Virus record (IMG/VR): IMGVR_UViG_3300031612_000007
Origin: an uncultured virus (IMG/VR IMGVR_UViG_3300031612_000007)
Lineage: Duplodnaviria; Heunggongvirae; Uroviricota; Caudoviricetes; Schitoviridae
Direction: 5' to 3' (one strand)
Length of the DNA stretch: 64,000 nucleotides
A program made the translations under genes and the position numbers. The first letter of the stretch is position 1. Each line of letters opens with the position of its first letter. Shown here piece by piece: positions 56,031-64,000 of this stretch. Under the pieces are notes generated by a model. The model was not told the origin of the DNA. It did no database searches and saw nothing but the letters and a program-made list of their open reading frames with translations.

Positions 56031-58460
56031 TGTGGTACTTACTCGTATCCCTGTACTTACCTGTACAGGATGTGGGTATTACTTACCGCTTTGATGAGTG
56101 GGGGTCTGAGTGGGCTTGTACTCAAGCAAAAGCTAAACTAATAGACCATCAAATAGATCTACTGAGAACAACCGGCAAAGATTCATTTATAACCAAGATA
56201 GAGTGTAAGGAAGTAGAGAATGGCTAGTATCCCCGCCGAGTTGATTACTATGTGTGTATTAATTCTATCAATTGGAATGGTAGGTATAGCCATTAGTGGC
56301 ATCCTATGGGTACTAACACAGATAGCAGAAGATATTAATAGGTGAGAAAATGCAGGACCTGTAGGCTAGAAAAGCCCCTGGTTGACTTTATAAGAAATTT
56401 CCCTCATTGTAATACTTGCATTACTGAGTATAAAAAAAGTTGGGAAAAAAGGAATAGAATAAAATTGGAAGAGTATCTAGAACTAGGCGATGATAAAGAA
56501 TTACCAGTAGGTGGTGGAGTAGTACCAAACTATAAACCTAAGTAATACGAAAGGTAGTTAGCGTCGTAACCCAAAGCTTGGAGAGGCAGAGGAGTTAGCT
56601 ACCTTTCTTATTAGAAAGCTTATCAAAGGAGTAGTTCTAATGAATAGGTATAAGATTGAAACAGTAACAACATCAGGTAGTAAAATCACTTCCCATGTAA
56701 TAGCAACTTCCGCAGACAAAGCCATTAAAATGATACAAGTCATTATTAAAAATGCCGAGATTCTGCATTTAACTTTAGAAGACGAGACAGAAAAGGCTGA
56801 TTAATTTCAAACGAGTCTTTTTGTGAGGGGACTTGCTCCATCAAGCATTTCCCCTCTTTTTACTTATATACAAGATAGAGGAGTACAGATGAGTAACCCT
56901 GACACAATAGTAGAGGTTGGTAATTACTGGATTTACGATAAACCACCAGAAAATGCTAGTAAGAAAATGCTTCTACTTACTGCTGGGAAAATTTGTATTC
57001 TAGGGCCCTGGCATGGAACAGTGGGTGTTATAGCTTGGCATCCAGTACCAGATCGAAATAAAAAATTAGAATTATCTTTAGGCCTTTAAACAAAGGGGAA
57101 ACTAAGCGATGATAACAAGTAAATTAGATATGGAATTCGTCTACATGTATACCGTAGATGATACCGAAGAATTTAAATCACAAATACTTAGATGGCGTGA
57201 CCTAGAGGATATGGGTCAAGATTGGATATCAGGCTGGGACGACGGTTACGAGAACGGTGTTTTAAGCCTTAAAGTTGGAGAGAATCTAAATGTTAGTGAT
57301 GTCAATAGCGAATATATTATTCGTATTAAATAAATGAGTATCTATCTAGAAGCCGATCAATTCTTAACTCTAGCTGCAGAGCTAGCAGAACGTAAACTTG
57401 ACCTTCTAGAACATATTGACGGTATCGAAAGGATACATGTTCTTCATGATGACGGTGATAGCAGTTACTCTTGTAATGCTCAATACGTTTTCACTAGAGA
57501 AATGGGTATAGTATGCGAGATTTTAAATGAGAATGGGATATACCAGAGGGAGCCAAATGGACGTACATGATAATGAAATAAAAAGACTTAAAGCATTACG
57601 TTTCCCAAGAACTTACCGAGAAGCAACAGGCAGTAACTTCTACGCGGAACCTAAAATAAAATCTTCTTGGAAAAGTTGGGTATCCCTTTTACTGTTTATA
57701 GTTATCCTACTAGCAGTTGTAGAATAAATGAGCACATATACTGAAAGTAGTGCAGAGGCCCAGGGCAGGGAAGATTTCTTCTCTACAGCAGAGAATGAAT
57801 GCGATCCTGTGTGTCCCCATGAATGGGGCACACCGGAAGATATTGCTTGGCGGAAAGGGTTTTATGAAGAGAAAAGCCTTTGGCTAAAAGCTATGGCTGA
57901 TAGTTTTGTAAACGGAGACTCAGAATGAATGATACTGTTAAAGTGAAAAGAAGAGCTATCCATGTTAGAAGATGCAGCTATGCAGGCAAGCTAGTTGTAC
58001 AGACTCGATCACTAGACTTAGCGAATGGGGAACAAGTTCCAGCTATAGGTAATATGTACAGTATGCTCACAATATATAACAATATAATATCTAAGGAAAA
58101 AGAGATCAAGGACCGCCTAGAGTTTAATAAGGGCAGATGCAGGCGTATACGCGCTGAAGCAAAAGCACAAGCTAGACTAATTACTAACTTGTAATGAAAA
58201 AGAAGTATTACAACTACAATTATAATCCCTATAAGGATACAGGTAAGCCTGTTAGGGTGTTTAGTAGTTGTTACTACTGGGAAGTACCTGTCCATCCAAC
58301 ACAGTTTGAGTTGCTGCAGCATTTAATAAAGGATACTGCAATAACTAAAGCAAACGCTATAGCACAGCGGGAGTTAATTGAACTTAGAATGGATAAACTA
58401 AAGAAGACTCTTAATGAGAAAAGAGTTAAACGCTTAGCCGACAGTGAAGACTTTGACTAA
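56030..58460 (+). CDS. Array of small hypothetical genes (56030-56227, 56342-56545 Zn-finger-like, 56640-56804, 56889-57089, 57109-57333, 57334-57570, 57557-57727, 57728-57928, 57925-58194, 58194-58460)
   Basis: Tightly packed co-oriented ORFs, many with RBS or stop/start coupling; no recognisable function. Confidence 0.55.
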
Positions 58461-59209
58461 ACATTAGAGGTCTTCGTATGTACCGGTATCTTACATACCG
58501 CTTCATGACCACGGAACCAATGATGGCAGGAGTTACAACTGTATCTCTTGTACACTCCAGATGCTGTAGCAATATTACCCCTCGCTATAAAATGTTCAGA
58601 CCCACAAGTAGGGCAGCGCATCTCATCTAATACCTTATCTTCATATAGATTCTGGTTAGGATGATTCTTAATCCATGGCAATAACTTAAAATATACCTTT
58701 TCAGTTAGCGCCACATCTTTCTTATTATAAGAAATCATTTTTTTCCAGGACTTTTCATCATTGGACATGCAACCCTTCCAATCGTCCATGTTCATTCCCT
58801 TAGTTTTATGACCAATACCAAGAGCTTGTGCAACATAATCTAATTTATTACTTGGAAACTTGAATTGACTACGAACAGTACGTAGTAAGTCAATTTGTTT
58901 ATAAGGACTTGGTGGAAGAAGTGGAGGCTCGGCCAATAAAAACTCACTATGGACCCAAGGCATATCAAAACGCTGGCCATTATAATGAATTACTGCATCA
59001 GCCTCACTTATCAAGGCGTGTAAACACGTTAGAAAGTCTTTATCACCTTTGGATCGGCTATAAATACCTCTCTTAGTTGTCCATTTCGCCGCCCAGCACA
59101 GCATATACCCTGACTCAATTAATTGACTTAAGGAGATATTCTGTTGCCATAAACCCCAACAATAACCTGTGTTGGGTGCCGTCTCGATATCAAGGGTAAG
59201 TAAACGGAT
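58457..59209 (-). CDS. RNase H-like (DEDD) exonuclease with C-terminal Zn ribbon
   Basis: In-frame extension IRLLTLDIETAP upstream of the track ORF; HYNGQRFD, SNKLDY, YNKKDV, CPTC...CNSC. Start uncertain (ATC at 59209). Confidence 0.85.
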   Translation of the reverse strand: MRLLTLDIETAPNTGYCWGLWQQNISLSQLIESGYMLCWAAKWTTKRGIYSRSKGDKDFLTCLHALISEADAVIHYNGQRFDMPWVHSEFLLAEPPLLPPSPYKQIDLLRTVRSQFKFPSNKLDYVAQALGIGHKTKGMNMDDWKGCMSNDEKSWKKMISYNKKDVALTEKVYFKLLPWIKNHPNQNLYEDKVLDEMRCPTCGSEHFIARGNIATASGVYKRYSCNSCHHWFRGHEAVCKIPVHTKTSNV

Positions 59210-59282
59210 AGGATCTCCAAAGCGTGTAACACCTTGTCTATACTACATGAAGTTGAGGTTATTTGGCTAAACGGGGGGAAAC

Positions 59283-59492
59283 TTACTTAACTGCTCTCTC
59301 GAGTTCTAAAATATACACAGCCAGTTCTTCGGCATTTTCAGAATCCATGCACATTCTTCCATCTGACATTTGTGTAATTTCAAGACTTGGTTTCGTCGGA
59401 GCTATCAGTCTTGTTGGGTGGCTTTGACAAGCCATTAGAGAAATGGTTAGCAAACCAAGCACTAGGGTTCTTTGAAATTTTATCTCGCTCAT
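59283..59492 (-). CDS. o-spanin (Rz1-like lipoprotein)
   Basis: Lipobox LMAC after a hydrophobic stretch; starts inside the i-spanin gene. Confidence 0.65.
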   Translation of the reverse strand: MSEIKFQRTLVLGLLTISLMACQSHPTRLIAPTKPSLEITQMSDGRMCMDSENAEELAVYILELERAVK

Positions 59493-59589
59493 GTTGAGCC
59501 CCTCTCTTTTCGTCTGTACGCTTATACGCAAGTAACAGCCACAACAGCTTATCCAATACAGCGATAAGCGTTGTGCTAAGAGCGATCAT
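59380..59589 (-). CDS. i-spanin (Rz-like)
   Basis: N-terminal hydrophobic segment followed by a charged helix; overlaps the lipoprotein gene in another frame. Confidence 0.55.
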   Translation of the reverse strand: MIALSTTLIAVLDKLLWLLLAYKRTDEKRGAQHERDKISKNPSAWFANHFSNGLSKPPNKTDSSDETKS

Positions 59590-59795
59590 GCAGAATCTGT
59601 AGATTTAGCTATACGTTTAACAGCTTTGATGCGCCCGAATATGGCTACAGCACCACCTACTAAAGCAGTTACTTGTTCTGCTAAACCATTTGTATCTCCA
59701 AGATCCCATCCAGCAAGTTGTGAGATAGTCGCAAAAATAGCGATTAATGCTCCCCAGATAGTTTTACTTTCTAGTAAACCTTTTATATCATCCAT
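59586..59795 (-). CDS. Putative holin
   Basis: SKTIWG, two TM segments, AIFGRI.A.K.I basic tail. Confidence 0.65.
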   Translation of the reverse strand: MDDIKGLLESKTIWGALIAIFATISQLAGWDLGDTNGLAEQVTALVGGAVAIFGRIKAVKRIAKSTDSA

Positions 59796-59855
59796 AATGA
59801 TCTCCGGTTAAATTACGAACAACTATACTACTCTTTTTTTATCTTGCTGCAAAGA

Positions 59856-60110
59856 CTAATCTTTATCAGCCTTACGACTAACCTTTGCTTCAATTCTGTC
59901 AAGCTTATTAAAAACTGTTTTCATTACATCTGAAAGTTCTGCCCTTGTCATGTAACTCCCTGCGACAAGAACCTCAATTGAAGAAACTTTTTTCATTATA
60001 TCTTTATCAGCAGTTTGTAATTCTTTTACTGCTTGCCAGATAACATGGAGCAAAAATCCGAGCAAGGTTCCTAGTCCACCTAAAACCCAATTAACCATTA
60101 TTTGTTCCAT
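59856..60110 (-). CDS. Membrane-anchored coiled-coil protein (holin/antiholin-like)
   Basis: N-terminal TM; EVLVAG.Y..R.E....F.KLDRIE.K. Confidence 0.55.
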   Translation of the reverse strand: MEQIMVNWVLGGLGTLLGFLLHVIWQAVKELQTADKDIMKKVSSIEVLVAGSYMTRAELSDVMKTVFNKLDRIEAKVSRKADKD

Positions 60111-60255
60111 AAATAAGCCTCTTTACATACTATAAAATAGATATTGGACCATAAAATCGTACCAGGGTGTCTAAGACGCTCTCTAAGAGCTTTTAATACA
60201 AATTTGATGCTATCCTATTCCCTTATACTAAATAAACCACTGTACGATGGTACTT

Positions 60256-60513
60256 TTACTCATGTCGATGGTTTTCTACCATCGCGCTATTCTTTATTGC
60301 TAATTCTTTAGCTTCTAGTGCTAATGTTATACTAAAAGTAGTTCGGGAGCTCTCTTTTTCGTCAACTCCTTTTGATCTGTCCACCTCATTTACATGAGCT
60401 GTATCTTGTCCGAAGTTAACTACAGTAGCATTTATTACTCCACCTGTCATTGCTACGATATATGCAGTAATAAGACCGATAGCTAATTTACTGTCTTTAA
60501 TAGAGTCCCACAT
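60256..60513 (-). CDS. Membrane protein
   Basis: N-terminal TM helix. Confidence 0.5.
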   Translation of the reverse strand: MWDSIKDSKLAIGLITAYIVAMTGGVINATVVNFGQDTAHVNEVDRSKGVDEKESSRTTFSITLALEAKELAIKNSAMVENHRHE

Positions 60514-60514
60514 A

Positions 60515-60781
60515 TTAAGTTAGTATATAAAACCAACCTGCAGCAGATGCTGCTATTCCTGAAACAACACCAGCATAACTCCATTTTAAATCTAGGTTAA
60601 AGAAGTTAAGCGCTGCTACATTCTCAGTGAATGAATAATCATGGTCCTTATGCTGATAGTACTCTCGTGTAATTGCCCATAAGATAACAATATGAGCACC
60701 GAATCCAGCTGTTATTAATGTAAGTCCGAAACAACTTCCAAAATGTGCAGATTGATCCCTCAATTCTTTATTCACGGTCAA
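60515..60781 (-). CDS. Small membrane protein
   Basis: Three hydrophobic segments with H..., RE.., DL...G pattern. Confidence 0.55.
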   Translation of the reverse strand: MTVNKELRDQSAHFGSCFGLTLITAGFGAHIVILWAITREYYQHKDHDYSFTENVAALNFFNLDLKWSYAGVVSGIAASAAGWFYILT

Positions 60782-61217
60782 CTCCCATACGTTTCACAGG
60801 CTGTGGTCTACGCTTTTCATCCACTGCCACATAAGTTAATATAGCTTCCGTTACTTTAATACAGATTTCCTCATTTCCTTCACGAGGTCCTCGCTGTGCG
60901 TAAACAGTAACATCTACTGTAATTGAAGTATACCCTACCTTAGTAACCTCAGTATAGAAACTAACCAAGTCACCTACATATACAGGGTGTTTAAATACAA
61001 AATTATTTACTGCGACTGTAACTACGTGTCCACCTGAATGGCGAATTGATGCCATACTACCGGCTATATCAACCTGGGACATTATCCAACCTCCGAATAC
61101 ATCCCCTGAATGGTTAGTATCCGATGGCATAGGAACTATTCTTAGTGTTGGGTTAAGTCCTTTTGGTAGTGAAGTATAAAATGGTGTCAATAATCTTTCC
61201 TTATCATTTATTGTCAC
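60768..61217 (-). CDS. Acyl-CoA thioesterase (YciA-like, hotdog fold)
   Basis: MPSDTNHSGDVFGGWIMSQVDIAG, VTVAV..F.F..PV.VGD, VG.TSI.V, A..TYVAVD...RP. Confidence 0.93.
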   Translation of the reverse strand: MTINDKERLLTPFYTSLPKGLNPTLRIVPMPSDTNHSGDVFGGWIMSQVDIAGSMASIRHSGGHVVTVAVNNFVFKHPVYVGDLVSFYTEVTKVGYTSITVDVTVYAQRGPREGNEEICIKVTEAILTYVAVDEKRRPQPVKRMGVDRE

Positions 61218-61510
61218 TTTTGCTTCTCTTTAGGATATTTCAGTTTAACTGCTAGACATTCATCAATGTATCTCTGTACCTGGAGGTCATCAGCTTTAGC
61301 AATACCATCCAAGTAATCAGCTACAGGTGGATACTCTCTTACTCTTAATTCTTGATAAGTAGGTGGTGTAGGTTTATCAGCATCAAGAGCTACATTACCT
61401 GCCTTTAACCACTTAAGATACTCTACATAATCTGAATTAGCCTTATCCTTTGGGATAGATGCTCCGTCTTTAATTCTAATAATTGTGTCTGTGTCTGTTA
61501 ATTTATACAT
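61214..61510 (-). CDS. Tail fibre assembly-like protein
   Basis: IP.D.ANSDY..YL.WL..GN and R..EYP...VK.KYPK motifs. Confidence 0.7.
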   Translation of the reverse strand: MYKLTDTDTIIRIKDGASIPKDKANSDYVEYLKWLKAGNVALDADKPTPPTYQELRVREYPPVADYLDGIAKADDLQVQRYIDECLAVKLKYPKEKQK

Positions 61511-61513
61511 AAT

Positions 61514-62728
61514 TTATAGCTCCGCTGATGCTGTAAATGTACCTGTGTTTAAAAACAATGCCGCACGCAGACCTAAAGTGTTTGTCAGGGCTGAAGCACA
61601 AGTCATATCGTATTGAATCATTTCAGGCTTACAGTAACTTGCGCCTAATGTTGCATTTGCCCCAATAGCACCGCCATTCCACAAACCGCAAGTACCAGAC
61701 AAAGCCCCAGTAGGGGCAGTGCGCATAACAACGGGGAGTTCAAATCCCCACCGATGAACAGTAGTTGCGTTGTTAGTGTTTCCTGACCCAAGCATAGTAT
61801 TTGCGTGCGGCCCATAATGTTGATAATACCTCTGACACAAAGCAAACTCAGTTCCATAACTTCTATGTTCAAATGGTGTGGCTACTGAACCTATTTCTAG
61901 TTGAACACCTGTGATATAAATTGTAGCATTTAAGACACTTATTAACTTTACATCAGCAGCCTTGCGCTTAAAATTCCCTGCTTGCCATGTATCTGCTGTT
62001 GATGTTTCGAAAGCTGAACCAGACCCTATATCACAGATACCTACATATATGCTAACTCCATTAGTGCTATCAGCAGTAACCCAACCTGTTCCTGTTGTAT
62101 CTCCGGGAACTGTTACACTATGTTGTACCCAAGAATTAACTTGTCCCGCAGAGACAGTTACGGCGGTAGTATATGACCTATTGCTTTGTGTCATATTGCC
62201 TAAGAATGAAACCCCGTATGATCCTGCGGTATTGGCATACATCCAAAAACTTAAAGTAAAGGATTTTGCATTAGCTGTACCAAAACTCATGTCCGTGAAA
62301 TTAAACCCTTCAACAGCTTGCCATATAGCATTTATATCTCCTGATGAAGCGGTTGCTGCTGTAGTTGTTTTTACTTCAAAACAGTCATAGAATCCTCCTA
62401 GAGTAGAGGCATCTGTTTTTCTCCCTGTCATAACTCCACCTGAAGTACCCTTGTATGCTCTAGTACGATCAGCAACAAATGTAGTTGTCGCTGTAGCACC
62501 TAATGTAATGGTTGATGTTCCGTGTCTCTGATTAATCCTCATATCACCATTAATTATCTTGTTTCTATTACCTGCTAACTGACCACCATTAAGTGAGGTA
62601 CCATTTAGCGAAGTAGCAGTGACACCCGCTGTAAACGTAGCGTTTTCATTAGTATCTACACTTAGATAAGTATTCCCATTATTCTTTAGCGTAGTAGTAG
62701 TACTCGTACTTTCTATACTAGATGCCAT
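61514..62728 (-). CDS. Tail fibre / receptor-binding protein
   Basis: NRNKIINGDMRINQR...ITGVQLE.GSVATPFEHR.YG.E.ALCQRYY domain; F..V.MRTAP. Confidence 0.8.
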   Translation of the reverse strand: MASSIESTSTTTTLKNNGNTYLSVDTNENATFTAGVTATSLNGTSLNGGQLAGNRNKIINGDMRINQRHGTSTITLGATATTTFVADRTRAYKGTSGGVMTGRKTDASTLGGFYDCFEVKTTTAATASSGDINAIWQAVEGFNFTDMSFGTANAKSFTLSFWMYANTAGSYGVSFLGNMTQSNRSYTTAVTVSAGQVNSWVQHSVTVPGDTTGTGWVTADSTNGVSIYVGICDIGSGSAFETSTADTWQAGNFKRKAADVKLISVLNATIYITGVQLEIGSVATPFEHRSYGTEFALCQRYYQHYGPHANTMLGSGNTNNATTVHRWGFELPVVMRTAPTGALSGTCGLWNGGAIGANATLGASYCKPEMIQYDMTCASALTNTLGLRAALFLNTGTFTASAEL

Positions 62729-62952
62729 TAGACACTTACTCCTTTAAGCTCACCAAGAGTTTTCATATCATCCACTTGTTTGGTTACATCTCTAAGTCTA
62801 TTCTTTTCTTTAACAATAGCTGAAGTATCTTCAGATGTTTCTAATGCTCTATTAAATAGAATGTCCTGTGCTTCAAGTAGAGGTTTGCGTTCCTCACGAA
62901 GCCTATCTTTGGTAATAACTTTAGCCTTATTAATGTCTATTATTATGCCCAT
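62728..62952 (-). CDS. Tail fibre assembly chaperone-like protein
   Basis: KAK...KD.LR.ER..LL...D....ALE...K..LRD.T; start uncertain (62952 or 62958). Confidence 0.65.
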   Translation of the reverse strand: MGIIIDINKAKVITKDRLREERKPLLEAQDILFNRALETSEDTSAIVKEKNRLRDVTKQVDDMKTLGELKGVSV

Positions 62953-63131
62953 GTCCAAGCTCCTCTAAAAGTTCTATCTGAAGGTACATCTGAATCTTCT
63001 ACTATTTCAAATTCAGCACCTTCTGGTACATCTTTAGCAGCAAGTTCTTCAATGGTGTGATCTTGTAGGTAATCAGGAGTTGGGATAAGAACTGCCACTC
63101 CACCTTCTTCTGTTTTATATATTATTCTCAT
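62943..63131 (-). CDS. Small tail-associated protein
   Basis: RIIY....GGVAV..P...KDVP...P.DRTFR.AW pattern. Confidence 0.65.
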   Translation of the reverse strand: MRIIYKTEEGGVAVLIPTPDYLQDHTIEELAAKDVPEGAEFEIVEDSDVPSDRTFRGAWTWA

Positions 63132-63140
63132 AGTTGTCCT

Positions 63141-64000
63141 TTATCTAAAAATAGCTATACATATATTGTGAGCATCCCATGCCGACCCATTTTGGTAAGC
63201 TACTGTATATCTACAAGATCCTACTGCGGGTACTTCAGTTTGAGAGTTTTGAGATACGTTAATCTGGTCTGCACCCGCGCCACCTGCCGTACCCGCTGAA
63301 CAATAATTCACATCTGGCATATTGTTTGTAAAGTTTACTCTGTAATTTCCAACTGCCACATCAGTAACAGAGCTAACATTAGCACTACCACGAATAGCAA
63401 GAGTACCCTGTCCATTGAAGTTAACCCAAGCTCTACATCCATAAGCTGTACCAGTAGAGCCAAATCCTGAGTTGAACTTCAAGTCACCTGTGGAAGTAAC
63501 CCTCATCTTCTCAGAGATTGCCCCAGAATCTACAGATGTACTTGTACGAAATACTAAATCGGCAGGGGCTGCTGAACTAGCAGTTCTATCACACCCTATA
63601 CTCGCCATTATTCCTGCGTTGTTTTCATTCATCCAATCAATTGTGAATGGCTGAAGTCCAGTAGTGGAAGCAGGTGATGTGATTTCAAGGTTTCCCGCAC
63701 CTGCAATACGCATACGCTCTGTCGGGTTTCCCCCACCTCTGGTAGAGAATATTAAATTTCCGTATCCCGCGCTTTCATAGTTACTTGCAATTGATGCACT
63801 GCCGTGATCGTCATGGCTAAACATCATTCGAGCCAAGTTTCCTGTGGACTTCGTTACTGAATTTATAGCCAATTGCCCTGTGTATGCACTAGACTCAGCT
63901 ATATCATCTCTTATATCTAGTTTTGCTTGTGGTCCAGTAGTACCTATACCAACATTTCCGCCATTTGGATTTAACAATAGTGGATACTCTGTTTGCATTC
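63141..64000 (-). CDS. Tail fibre protein (5' end outside the window)
   Basis: GNVGIGTT.P..KLD, repeated ERMRI/EKMRV units, C-terminal RAWVNF.G...NVSSV.D...G.Y.VNF. Confidence 0.85.
   Translation of the reverse strand, partial: MQTEYPLLLNPNGGNVGIGTTGPQAKLDIRDDIAESSAYTGQLAINSVTKSTGNLARMMFSHDDHGSASIASNYESAGYGNLIFSTRGGGNPTERMRIAGAGNLEITSPASTTGLQPFTIDWMNENNAGIMASIGCDRTASSAAPADLVFRTSTSVDSGAISEKMRVTSTGDLKFNSGFGSTGTAYGCRAWVNFNGQGTLAIRGSANVSSVTDVAVGNYRVNFTNNMPDVNYCSAGTAGGAGADQINVSQNSQTEVPAVGSCRYTVAYQNGSAWDAHNICIAIFR

Noticed and set aside
1..64000. Stop-codon reassignment, prophage integration or diversity-generating retroelement
   Set aside because: Core genes are intact in the standard code and TAG/TGA end real genes; no integrase, repressor, reverse transcriptase or template/variable repeat pair was recognised.

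Overview
The window is most of an N4-like (Schitoviridae) podophage genome, apparently circularly permuted, with the probable genome-end/early region at about 40.55-42.6 kb. N4 hallmarks: a 4043-aa virion RNA polymerase (11930-24061, -); a two-subunit T7-like RNAP II with a Drc/gp2-type cofactor; a MoxR AAA plus vWA/metallopeptidase pair; Dda-like helicase, family A DNA polymerase, primase, AAA ATPase, SSB, RuvC-like resolvase and thyX; a gp51-gp59 structural block with major capsid and portal; and terminase subunits. Tail-fibre genes run off both window ends, and holin/spanin genes imply a Gram-negative host. The most interesting feature is about 450 aa of extra domains in the virion RNAP just before its polymerase core: an unassigned module, a NADAR-like (ADP-ribose-removing) domain and an AlkB-type 2OG-Fe(II) dioxygenase. 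Together these suggest a co-injected DNA-repair or counter-defence cassette. Other oddities: an RNAP alpha-CTD-like gene between the two RNAP II subunits, five CACGACTCA motifs (four with hairpins) in the early region, a YciA-like acyl-CoA thioesterase, a two-domain lysozyme between the terminase genes, an ~81-aa capsid insertion, an exonuclease that seems to need an ATC start, and a candidate structured RNA. All calls come from motif recognition and synteny by eye. No database searches were run, and N4 gp numbers are inferred.
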